DNA of 64,000 nucleotides from Bacteroidales bacterium (GTDB taxonomy: Bacteria > Bacteroidota > Bacteroidia > Bacteroidales > DTGW01). Where the stretch lies: NCBI GenBank assembly GCA_035374585.1, contig DAOSPF010000002.1, positions 565 through 64,564 of the forward strand. The letters run 5' to 3'. The notes beneath the pieces were generated by a model. That model was not told the origin of the DNA, made no database searches, and saw only the letters and a list, made by a program, of their open reading frames with translations. How positions within the stretch are numbered: position 1 is the stretch's first letter; every line of letters begins with the position of its first letter. Made by a program: the position numbers and the translations under genes. This document shows positions 21,101 through 29,033 of this stretch, one piece after another.

Positions 21101-21409
21101 ATAAAAGGGAGCCGTTTTTCTATCAGTATTGAAAAGCGCACTGAAGAGATATTTTTTGAAGACCATATGGTACAGTTGAAAAAAGGGGATATGATATACA
21201 TATTCTCTGATGGTTATGCTGATCAGTTTGGGGGATACGAAGGTAAAAAATTTAAATTCAGAAGGTTTAGGCATTTGCTTCTTAATATTTCGCAGTTGCC
21301 GCTTGATAGTCAGAAGGAATATCTGCTTGAATCAATTGAAAATTGGCGTGGAGCGTACGAACAGGTAGATGATTTGCTTGTTATTGGCATTAGAGCAGAT
21401 TTTGAATGA
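18122..21409 (+). CDS. membrane sensor: propeller repeats + Y_Y_Y, TM helix, coiled coil, PP2C/SpoIIE phosphatase
   Basis: Repeated GLSCF/GLNKF/WIGT propeller motifs, Y_Y_Y (LPEGRYYFRVKGSN), TM (IAYFFYFLLSALLVYGTVQL), SpoIIE motifs (SGDFAWV, AAVDCTGHGVPGAFMS, SDGYADQFGG, DDLLVIGI). Confidence 0.85.
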   Translation: MRVVFAILTILLFFENTSFSANRVLGSRTEMYTIENGLSQSYVNHLFIDSRGFLWISTYDGLNRFDGLNFVVYKHNPVDTNSLSDNYVRHVCEDRDGNIWVATNNGLSCYLFSKGVFVNYYNDPQYASSISSNSIFNVFCDKNDVIWAKTLTSLEKFDKKQQKFYHYYHHNDIFNQIIDDRNFDIFEDSREKLWIATKDGLSCFDKRLELFEHFTSTPSDIKTISDNRIRSICEDCFGNIWVGTANGLNKFDIKQRRFYRIYAGSDNVSLISNKISSLYTADKKKIFVGTETGLSILNINSMTFANYPFFNIQNSEVPLSNIKSLLLDKANNLWIGCREGLIKVDLKPLKFGLFRSSGGAFSENISSIYAQSKNDIWLGTWNNGLLRVNLGAEEHSSSVKPAKRYFSNTSIYSLYKDKNNKLWISTENGLTIFNIKTNTFEPFKPKNKMPYGFSNEKIYCFYGDGDKIWMGTKMGLLLFDNKFNEAHLFSKIPDSTGIQVNSAYCLTKDKSGALWIGTNDGLICFNPETGEYKKYLSSPHYTQNALCSNTIYSLCFTSKGELWIGTNAGLCKYNEEKDNFIIYSEVDGLPNNTIYAILEDQNNNLWLSSNKGIILLELPLGSFTSFDQADGLQSFEFNHAAAYKDNTGCLYFGGINGLNYFYPDSLKPNKHIPSVQITLVEIIGNSIRRISALSDGKLISIPANTKLFTINFASLDFTFPSNNQYMYKLSSKKSEGMWINNGTKNFVQYSNLPEGRYYFRVKGSNSDKVWSINEYSLILQVEAPWYKRKIAYFFYFLLSALLVYGTVQLRTRKLIKTNKELIDKEKIAQKIARQKEELTLKNKSITDSINYAKRIQEAMMPSDKYLKRILPNSFLFHKPKDIVSGDFAWVSERDGKVLVAAVDCTGHGVPGAFMSILGIELFRNIPNLSWKSPGAILKQINDEFVHIFSDMEDVSLRDGMDVALCIIDKKNYTVHFAGAVNPLYLVTGDKLEEIKGSRFSISIEKRTEEIFFEDHMVQLKKGDMIYIFSDGYADQFGGYEGKKFKFRRFRHLLLNISQLPLDSQKEYLLESIENWRGAYEQVDDLLVIGIRADFE

Positions 21410-21419
21410 ATAGTATTTA

Positions 21420-21590
21420 ACCCAAATTAAGCATTAGGAGGCTTTTTAAAGCCGAACTATATGATTTTAGTCGGGTAATCTTCTCGTTATAAACAGGACA
21501 AGCTGATTTAGAAATTGTTTGAAGAATTTTATTAAATTATTGAATTACAATTTCTTAATCGATTAAGCATTTTTAATGCTTAATTTGGGT
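21420..21590. repeat. 17-bp perfect inverted repeat (ACCCAAATTAAGCATTA / TAATGCTTAATTTGGGT) enclosing 137 bp; includes a local 9-bp hairpin at 21562-21584
   Basis: Arms read at 21420-21436 and 21574-21590. A T6 run follows at 21596-21601. Lies between convergent genes. Confidence 0.7.
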
Positions 21591-21623
21591 CAAACTTTTT
21601 TGATTAGAGCTTTAAATCTATTG

Positions 21624-23348
21624 TTAGTTTTTAAGCAATTCCTTCATTTTTGAAACCAGTACATCCAGCTGGAATGGTTTGCTGATGTATTCGTTCATTC
21701 CGGCAGAAAGGCATATTTCGCGGTCGCCCGACAAAGCATTGGCGGTGATAGCAATAATAGGTACATGAGAGTTAGTGCTGGCTTCGAGTTCGCGTATCTT
21801 ACGGGTAGCAGTAAGCCCGTCCATAACTGGCATTTGTATATCCATCAGTACGATGTCATATTTTTTATTGCCAAACATATCTAAGGCTTCTTTTCCATTA
21901 TTGGCCACATCGATATTGGCTACTAATGTTTTAAGGCTCAGGAGAACAATCTTTTGGTTGATTAAGTTATCTTCGACCAACAAAACATTGGCTTCTTTTA
22001 AATCAACGTTTTTCACTGTCGAGCTAACTGCAGAAACAATTGTTGGTGCAGCCGTCGGAGCTTCAGAAGCAGATTTTTTATACTTAATGCTAAATTCTAT
22101 AGTGGTAATTCCGTTAGAACAACTGGCTACAAGCCTGCTGCCCAATACCTCTATCAATTTTTTAGAGATAGAAAGGTCAAAACCAGGCTCGACAATAGAC
22201 AATTTGTTGTGCATGTCATCACTAAACAGCCAGCTTTCTTCTGTAAGGTTTACTACAGGGAGTAAGAAATCAAAATTTATCTGAAAATTAAATTCCACCT
22301 GGCTGGAATTTTCTTTTACCAGCTCAAGGTTTATTTTTACATGGTTGCCTTCTGGTTTTCTAAATTTCAGGATGTTTTCAATCAGGTTCAGAAATATCTG
22401 TTTAATCCTGATTGGATCGCCCATAACGTTGTAACGTTTGTCTTTGCCTTCAAGCTCAAATGCAACAACTTGCTGATATTGCTGTTCGAAAAGTTTTAAA
22501 CTGCTTTGAATAGTGGATAAAAGCTCAAAGTTGATTTTATTTTCTTTTTCAGTAATTTCTGCCGCAGAAACTTTAACAATACTATTGACAACATTAACAA
22601 GGTTATGGGTTGAAGCTAACACTGATTCTAACAAATCCCGTTGGTTATCATCAAGCTTTGTTTCTGAAAGCAAATCGCCCAAAACCATAATATTATTGAG
22701 AGGTGTACGGATTTGGTGCGACAGTTTGCTTAAAAATTCATCCTTGCTCCTTGATTCGTCTTTGGCTTCTTTGATGTTTGTTTCGGCTACCGTAAAGCTT
22801 TGTTCTGTAAGGTATAAATATGCATAAGTGAGGACAGATACAAAGAAATAAATCATGATTATCCTTACTATAAGAGGAAAAGTGTAATGCACTTTAAGCA
22901 AACCTGCAGGCTGAATAACAAGAATTAATGTAATAATCAGTAAAAAGCCCATAGCAAAAAGAACCCCTTTGCGTGTGCCATACAAAAACATACTGATAAT
23001 AGGGTAAGAAAAGATCCACAAATAGCCATAATCTCCAACTCCTCCGGAAATAACAAAATAAATGTACACTACCGAAGTAAGTATCATTAAAAAATGGTTG
23101 GAAATAATGTAATTCTTTGTTTTTTGCAGGATAATAAAGTTAGCAGCTACCATAATGGTAACTATTGCCACTATGATAGCATGAAAATAATTCTCGTATG
23201 AAACAGAGATAAATATAAAGGAGAATAATAATAACAATGAGAGAAACGTAAACAAATTAGTGATTACAATTGAGTAACGCCCCTGTTTATTGGTAACACC
23301 TTGTGTCCCAATTGACAATTTTTCAAATATCCATTGAGAAAAAGACAT
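21624..23348 (-). CDS. hybrid sensor histidine kinase/response regulator with multi-TM N-terminus and degenerate HATPase domain
   Basis: Six to seven N-terminal TMs, H-box LSHQIRTPLNN, N-box LNLIENILKF, intact receiver (LVEDN, DIVLMDIQMPVMDG, ISKP). G1/G2 boxes are not recognisable. Confidence 0.85.
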   Translation of the reverse strand: MSFSQWIFEKLSIGTQGVTNKQGRYSIVITNLFTFLSLLLLFSFIFISVSYENYFHAIIVAIVTIMVAANFIILQKTKNYIISNHFLMILTSVVYIYFVISGGVGDYGYLWIFSYPIISMFLYGTRKGVLFAMGFLLIITLILVIQPAGLLKVHYTFPLIVRIIMIYFFVSVLTYAYLYLTEQSFTVAETNIKEAKDESRSKDEFLSKLSHQIRTPLNNIMVLGDLLSETKLDDNQRDLLESVLASTHNLVNVVNSIVKVSAAEITEKENKINFELLSTIQSSLKLFEQQYQQVVAFELEGKDKRYNVMGDPIRIKQIFLNLIENILKFRKPEGNHVKINLELVKENSSQVEFNFQINFDFLLPVVNLTEESWLFSDDMHNKLSIVEPGFDLSISKKLIEVLGSRLVASCSNGITTIEFSIKYKKSASEAPTAAPTIVSAVSSTVKNVDLKEANVLLVEDNLINQKIVLLSLKTLVANIDVANNGKEALDMFGNKKYDIVLMDIQMPVMDGLTATRKIRELEASTNSHVPIIAITANALSGDREICLSAGMNEYISKPFQLDVLVSKMKELLKN

Positions 23349-23527
23349 AATTAGATACTTTGTTTTTTTACGAAAATATTAAAAAAAAACATTTAATCAA
23401 GAATAATCATCAAAGTTATTCGTGCATTCATGGAATATATTTTTATTAATTTTTATAATTTTAAAGCAAAATGGACGTTTTTCTAATTGTTTAAAATTCA
23501 ACATGTTAAATTAATACTAATAAAACC

Positions 23528-24373
23528 ATGAAAAAATTATTTTTCGTTCTTATTATTGCTTTGGCTACACTTACTTCATTTTCGCCAGATTATGTACCTA
23601 CTGCTGATGAGGTGAACAAATTTTACCAAACGAAGACTTTGGTGGTGCTTGATGATAATCCTCTTGCCGAATACAATTTTGTGATTAAGGATTTTATGCA
23701 AAAGGAATGGAAACTTACGCAGTTTGATTTTATCAAGCAAAGTGAGTTTGAGGAAAAGCGAATGGACAAACAATATTCGTTTATCCTTCTGAACTCGGTA
23801 CGTTTTGATAAAGATAAGAGCCTTGCCAGGTATATTTTTTTGAGCCTTGTTCTTGGAGGCGACGATAAAATTGTTTCAAACATGCCAGACCTTTGTCCTG
23901 TACCTATTGCTTATTATGGGGTAGATGAAGACCATTACAACTATAAGTTTCAAACCATCCTGCGTTTTATGCAACAGCATGTTGAGCTTATTCACAAAAA
24001 TCCAAAGCTGATAAAAACCAACGCTTTGAAGATCTATAACGATAGCATGCAAAGCGTGAAAACAAAGACTTTGTATTTGATTAAAGACGAGCTTGCCCCA
24101 GAATGCAATACTGAAGCAAAAATCAAAAAAATTTACCCCTATAAGTTCAAAATTGTGTCACGTGAAGAAGTAGCAAAGGCTATTGATGAGCGAAATCCTG
24201 ATGTAGTGTTTTTGCATAAAGTTGGCCCTGAAGGGACAAGGTTAATTGCCCGTTGTTACAAAATACTTATCGGGGCTGCCGATTCAAAGTTTTATTACTT
24301 TGATTATCATAAAATTGAAGATGATGCCCCGGATGGGTTTTTAGCAAAAGATTTCAAGAAATTAGCAAAATAG
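23528..24373 (+). CDS. hypothetical exported protein
   Basis: 281-aa ORF with signal peptide (MKKLFFVLIIALATLTSF); no motif recognised. Confidence 0.5.
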   Translation: MKKLFFVLIIALATLTSFSPDYVPTADEVNKFYQTKTLVVLDDNPLAEYNFVIKDFMQKEWKLTQFDFIKQSEFEEKRMDKQYSFILLNSVRFDKDKSLARYIFLSLVLGGDDKIVSNMPDLCPVPIAYYGVDEDHYNYKFQTILRFMQQHVELIHKNPKLIKTNALKIYNDSMQSVKTKTLYLIKDELAPECNTEAKIKKIYPYKFKIVSREEVAKAIDERNPDVVFLHKVGPEGTRLIARCYKILIGAADSKFYYFDYHKIEDDAPDGFLAKDFKKLAK

Positions 24374-24396
24374 TTTATACTTTATGTAAGTATAAT

Positions 24397-24438
24397 AGGC
24401 CTTCCAGGATTCAAAAACTTGGGAGGCCTTGTTTTTTT
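24397..24438 (+). terminator. rho-independent terminator
   Basis: aggccttcca...tgggaggcct stem (10 bp including one G-U) followed by tgttttttt. Confidence 0.65.
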
Positions 24439-25357
24439 AAAACCTCTTTTGATAACCATGACAATATGGCAATGTACCTTTATGGTTGTAATAATCCTGG
24501 TGATAATCTTCTGCTATATAAAACTCAGTTGCAGGAGTGAGGCCGGTTACCACATCAACCCCTTTAGCTTTAAGCATCTGAATTAGTTTTAGGGAAATCT
24601 CTTTCTGCTTTTCATTGGTATAAAATATTTCTGAGCGGTATTGGTCCCCTATATCAGGGCCTTGCCTGTTCATCTGGGTAGGATCGTGTATCTCGAAAAA
24701 CAATCGGGCTAATTGTTCAAAGCTAGTCTTTTTGTTATTAAAAACTACCTTTACCACTTCGGCATGCCCTGTAGTATGCGTACAAACGTCTTTGTATGAA
24801 GGGTTGCGGGTTTTACCACCCATAAAACCAACATCTGTGGATATAATGCCCTCAGCTTTTTGCATATAATATTCTACACCCCAAAAACAGCCTCCTGCAA
24901 AGTATGTTGTCTCAATAGAATCTACATTTTCTAATGGTAAAAACTGAATAGACAAGGAATTGACACAATGCCTTGTATTTTTGGGGGTAAAACCTTCGCC
25001 TTCAAAAACGTGGCCTAAATGGGCACCACAATTGGAACATACAATCTCAGTCCTTTTGCCATCTGCGTCAGGGACCCGTTTTATGGCACCTTGTATTTCA
25101 TCGTCAAAAGAAGGCCAGCCGCAATGTGAATCAAACTTGTCAGACGATTTGTAAAGCTCTGCATTACAGCGTTTGCAATGGTATGTCCCCTTTTTGTCAA
25201 AATTATAATACTTTCCGCTAAAGGGGGCTTCTGTGCCTTTATACAAGATTATTCTTTCTTCTTCGGGTGTTAATGGATTGTAATTCATATTATTATTTTT
25301 TTGGGCACATGAAAGTACCGGAATTAAAAACAACACAAACCACATTTTTTGCATCAT
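24437..25357 (-). CDS. msrB/msrA: bifunctional methionine sulfoxide reductase MsrB-MsrA with lipoprotein-type signal
   Basis: MsrB Zn CxxC pairs (CKRCNAEL, CSNCGAHL) and RHCVNS, then MsrA GGCFWG. N-terminus FLIPVLSCAQ has a lipobox. Confidence 0.9.
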   Translation of the reverse strand: MMQKMWFVLFLIPVLSCAQKNNNMNYNPLTPEEERIILYKGTEAPFSGKYYNFDKKGTYHCKRCNAELYKSSDKFDSHCGWPSFDDEIQGAIKRVPDADGKRTEIVCSNCGAHLGHVFEGEGFTPKNTRHCVNSLSIQFLPLENVDSIETTYFAGGCFWGVEYYMQKAEGIISTDVGFMGGKTRNPSYKDVCTHTTGHAEVVKVVFNNKKTSFEQLARLFFEIHDPTQMNRQGPDIGDQYRSEIFYTNEKQKEISLKLIQMLKAKGVDVVTGLTPATEFYIAEDYHQDYYNHKGTLPYCHGYQKRF

Positions 25358-25445
25358 TATATTTTTTTACATAAACAAGCAATAAGTAAGTTTGTTAGGG
25401 CAAAGTAAACTTTATTTTATACTTCGTCATTATTTGAAATTGGTG

Positions 25446-25453
25446 TAAATTTG
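25446..25453 (+). promoter_or_regulatory. candidate -7 promoter box TAnnTTTG (TAAATTTG)
   Basis: Exact motif 33 nt upstream of the ettA ATG at 25487. It overlaps the ORF-track TTG start. Confidence 0.45.
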
Positions 25454-25486
25454 CGTTCATTTTTTAGAAAAGTAAAAGCACAAAAT

Positions 25487-27166
25487 ATGAGCGACGACAA
25501 AAAGATTATTTTCTCGATGGTAGGTGTAGGAAAGACTTTCCCGCCTCACAAAAGGGTTTTAAACAATATTTATCTTTCCTTCTTTTATGGTGCAAAGATT
25601 GGCATCATTGGGCTCAATGGCTCTGGCAAGTCCACACTGCTAAAAATTATAGCCGGAGTAGAAAAAGCATACGAAGGCGAAGTAGTTTTTTCACCAGGAT
25701 ATACTGTTGGATATCTCGAACAGGAACCTAAACTTGACGATTCTAAGACGGTTAAAGAAATTGTACAGGAAGGCGTTCAAAAAGTAGTTGATTTACTTAA
25801 AGAATACGAAGAAGTTAATAACAAATTTGCTGACCCAGACTTAAGTGCAGACGATATGGATAAGCTTATTGCCCGTCAGGGTGAGCTTACCGACTTAATA
25901 GAGCAACATGATGCCTGGAACCTCGACAATAAACTTGAGGTTGCTATGGACGCTCTTCGTTGCCCTGATGCCGACACTAATGTTAAGAACCTTTCGGGAG
26001 GAGAAAGACGACGTGTAGCTTTGTGCCGCCTACTTTTGCAAGAGCCCGATATCCTGCTCCTTGATGAGCCTACAAACCACCTCGATGCAGAAAGCGTTGA
26101 ATGGTTGGAACAACACTTACAACAATATAAAGGTACTGTTATTGCTATTACACACGACAGGTACTTCCTGGACAACGTTGCTGGTTGGATACTTGAGCTC
26201 GACCGTGGCGAAGGAATACCATATCAGGGCAATTATACATCATGGTTGGAACAAAAATCGAAACGCTTAGAACAAGAAGAAAAACAAGAAAGCAAACGTC
26301 GTAAAACCTTAGAGCATGAGCTCGAATGGGTACGCATGTCGCCTAAAGCACGTCAGGCCAAAGGTAAAGCCCGTTTGAACGCGTATGAAAAATTGATGAG
26401 CGAAGATACCAAGCAAAAAGAAGAACGTCTGGAAATTTTTATCCCCAATGGCCCGCGTTTAGGCAACAATGTTATTGAAGCTAAGAACGTTTCCAAAGCA
26501 TATGGTGATAAGTTGTTGTTTGAAGACCTGAACTTTAACCTGCCGCCTGCTGGTATTGTTGGCGTTATTGGCCCTAACGGTGCTGGTAAAACAACATTGT
26601 TCAGGCTAATTATGGGGCACGACAAGCCTGATTCTGGCAGTTTCAGTGTTGGCGAAACTGTAAAAGTGGCTTATATTGATCAAAGCCACACTGCTATTGA
26701 TCCGGAAAAAACAGTTTTTGAGGTTATCTCTGGCGGTCTTGACTTTATTACTATGGGTAATAAACAAGTTAATGCCAGGGCTTATGTTGCAAGGTTCAAT
26801 TTCTCAGGTGCTGACCAGGAAAAGAAATGCGGCGTGTTATCCGGTGGAGAGCGCAACAGGCTTCATCTTGCCCTTACACTGAAAGAAGAAGCCAACGTTC
26901 TGCTGCTCGACGAGCCTACCAACGACATTGACGTTAATACACTTCGAGCTTTGGAAGAAGGTTTGGAAAACTTTGCTGGCTGTGCTGTGGTCATCTCGCA
27001 CGATCGCTGGTTCCTTGACCGTGTTGCAACTCACATCTTGGCATTTGAGGGCGATTCACAAGTGTATTTCTTTGAAGGCTCATTCAGCGAATACGAAGAA
27101 AACAAAAAGAAACGCCTTGGCGATACAGGGCCACACAGGATTAAGTACAAAAAACTAACTCGATAG
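25487..27166 (+). CDS. ettA: ABC-F energy-dependent translational throttle protein
   Basis: Two ABC cassettes (GLNGSGKST, LSGGERRRVAL; GPNGAGKTT, LSGGERNRLHL) with an inter-domain linker and no TM region. Confidence 0.9.
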   Translation: MSDDKKIIFSMVGVGKTFPPHKRVLNNIYLSFFYGAKIGIIGLNGSGKSTLLKIIAGVEKAYEGEVVFSPGYTVGYLEQEPKLDDSKTVKEIVQEGVQKVVDLLKEYEEVNNKFADPDLSADDMDKLIARQGELTDLIEQHDAWNLDNKLEVAMDALRCPDADTNVKNLSGGERRRVALCRLLLQEPDILLLDEPTNHLDAESVEWLEQHLQQYKGTVIAITHDRYFLDNVAGWILELDRGEGIPYQGNYTSWLEQKSKRLEQEEKQESKRRKTLEHELEWVRMSPKARQAKGKARLNAYEKLMSEDTKQKEERLEIFIPNGPRLGNNVIEAKNVSKAYGDKLLFEDLNFNLPPAGIVGVIGPNGAGKTTLFRLIMGHDKPDSGSFSVGETVKVAYIDQSHTAIDPEKTVFEVISGGLDFITMGNKQVNARAYVARFNFSGADQEKKCGVLSGGERNRLHLALTLKEEANVLLLDEPTNDIDVNTLRALEEGLENFAGCAVVISHDRWFLDRVATHILAFEGDSQVYFFEGSFSEYEENKKKRLGDTGPHRIKYKKLTR

Positions 27167-27172
27167 TCAGCA

Positions 27173-27625
27173 AATTTGAAAATTTGCCAATTAGCAAATG
27201 AATGAAAACAATTTTAAAATGAACCAATCTTCGGAAAATCCAATATTGAAATTGACTTTTGCGTTTGCTATTGAGGCGGTAAAATATAGTGAGGTTCTTG
27301 AGACCAATAAAAAATATGTAAAAGCAATTCTTAAGGTCAGCAACATCCATAGGAGCTTGTGTTCGGGAAGCCCAAAATGCAGAAAGTAAATTGGACTTTG
27401 TTCACAAAATGAAAATAGCTGCAAAGGAAGCTGATGAAACCGAGTATTGGTTAGATATTTGCAAGCATTCGGGGCACTATCCAGAATGTCAGGAATTACT
27501 GGACAAGATTAATGAAATAAAAAAGGTGTTAAACAAAATAATTGGAACAACTAAGAAAAGCGTAATTGGATTTCAGAAATAATGAATTTCATTTGCTAAT
27601 TCTCCAATTTTCAAATTTTCAAATT
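27173..27625. other. inverted-repeat-bounded cassette carrying a four-helix-bundle gene
   Basis: Two helices can form: 27189-27202 (aattagcaaatgaa) with 27588-27601, and 27173-27186 (aatttgaaaatttg) with 27612-27625. The arms are themselves short tandem 8-mers. Confidence 0.7.
27198..27582 (+). pseudogene. four-helix-bundle protein (23S rRNA intervening-sequence protein family), single frameshift
   Basis: Frame 0 gives MNENNFKMNQSSENPILKLTFAFAIEAVKYSEVLETNKKYV. Frame +1, from 27322, gives KQFLRSATSIGACVREAQNAESKLDFVHKMKIAAKEADETEYWLDI... Removing one A from the A4 run at 27320-27323 joins them. Confidence 0.75.
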
Positions 27626-27629
27626 GAGC

Positions 27630-28994
27630 ATGAAACCGAGCATACCACAAGGTACCCGCGATTTTGGGCCTGTAGAAATGGCCCGCAGGAACTATATATA
27701 CAATACCATCCGCAATGTATTTGAACTTTACGGGTTCCAGCAAATAGAAACTCCTGCCATGGAAAACCTTTCTACCCTATTAGGAAAGTATGGCGAAGAA
27801 GGCGACAAGCTGCTGTTTCGGATTCTAAACTCGGGCGATTACCTGACGAAAGTGGATGACAAAGATTTCAGAAAAGACAATTCGCTTGGATTATCCGGAA
27901 AAATCTGCGAACGAGGCTTACGTTATGACCTTACTGTGCCTTTTGCCCGCTTTGTTGTTCAGCACCGCGAAGAACTGACCTTCCCTTTCAGGCGATATCA
28001 GATACAGCCTGTTTGGAGAGCCGACAGGCCGCAGAAGGGAAGATACAGGGAATTTTATCAATGCGATGCAGATATTGTTGGTTCAGACAGTCTTCTCAAT
28101 GAGTGGGAACTTGTACAGATTGTTAATACCGTATTTGAAAAACTTGGCATTAACATTTGCCTGAAAATAAACAACCGCAAAGTACTTAGTGGCATTGCCG
28201 AAGCTATTGGCGCTGAGTCCCATATTACAGACATCACGGTAGCCATTGACAAGCTTGATAAAATTGGCATTGAGAAAGTAAAAGACGAACTTAAAGAACG
28301 TGGAATTACAGAAAGCGCAGTTGAAAAGCTGATACCTATCATTGAATTTAAAGGTAGCAGTCGGGATAAGCTTGAATTGCTCCGTAAAACACTTGCTGGT
28401 TCTGCTACGGGACTTAAAGGTATTGAAGAAGTAGAAACTTTACTTAACTATATCGATGGGGCACAGTTGAGCTGCGAGATAGAATTTGACCTTTCATTGG
28501 CCCGTGGGCTCAATTATTACACTGGAGCCATTTTTGAAGTAAAAGCCAAAGATGTTGCTATTGGCAGCATCTCGGGAGGCGGCCGCTACGATAACCTTAC
28601 AGGAGTGTTTGGTATGCCTGGGGTTTCAGGTGTTGGTATTTCGTTTGGTGCTGACAGAATCTATGATGTATTATTGCAGCTTAACCTTTTTCCCTCAGAA
28701 ACAAGCCAAACAACACGTATTATGTTTGTAAACTTTGGCAAAAATGAAGAAAACTATTGCTTGCCATTGGCTGCACAACTGCGTCAAAATGGGATAAGTT
28801 GCGAGATTTATCCTGATGCCCAAAAACTCAAGAAACAGTTTGACTATGCCAACAAGAAAAATATTCAATTTGTTGTTATTGCGGGTGAGGACGAAATAAA
28901 AGCTGACGAAATCACTGTGAAAAATATGATTACAGGAGAACAAACAAAAATCAGCAAAGAGGGGATTGTAAGTTTTATTTGTAAAAATATCTAA
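27630..28994 (+). CDS. hisS: histidine--tRNA ligase
   Basis: [35 protein letters not shown] motifs. ATG at 27630 ([12 protein letters not shown]). Confidence 0.95.
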   Translation: MKPSIPQGTRDFGPVEMARRNYIYNTIRNVFELYGFQQIETPAMENLSTLLGKYGEEGDKLLFRILNSGDYLTKVDDKDFRKDNSLGLSGKICERGLRYDLTVPFARFVVQHREELTFPFRRYQIQPVWRADRPQKGRYREFYQCDADIVGSDSLLNEWELVQIVNTVFEKLGINICLKINNRKVLSGIAEAIGAESHITDITVAIDKLDKIGIEKVKDELKERGITESAVEKLIPIIEFKGSSRDKLELLRKTLAGSATGLKGIEEVETLLNYIDGAQLSCEIEFDLSLARGLNYYTGAIFEVKAKDVAIGSISGGGRYDNLTGVFGMPGVSGVGISFGADRIYDVLLQLNLFPSETSQTTRIMFVNFGKNEENYCLPLAAQLRQNGISCEIYPDAQKLKKQFDYANKKNIQFVVIAGEDEIKADEITVKNMITGEQTKISKEGIVSFICKNI

Positions 28995-29033
28995 AGAAAG
29001 TTATTGGTTTTGACCGGTTTAGCATGATTTCGG

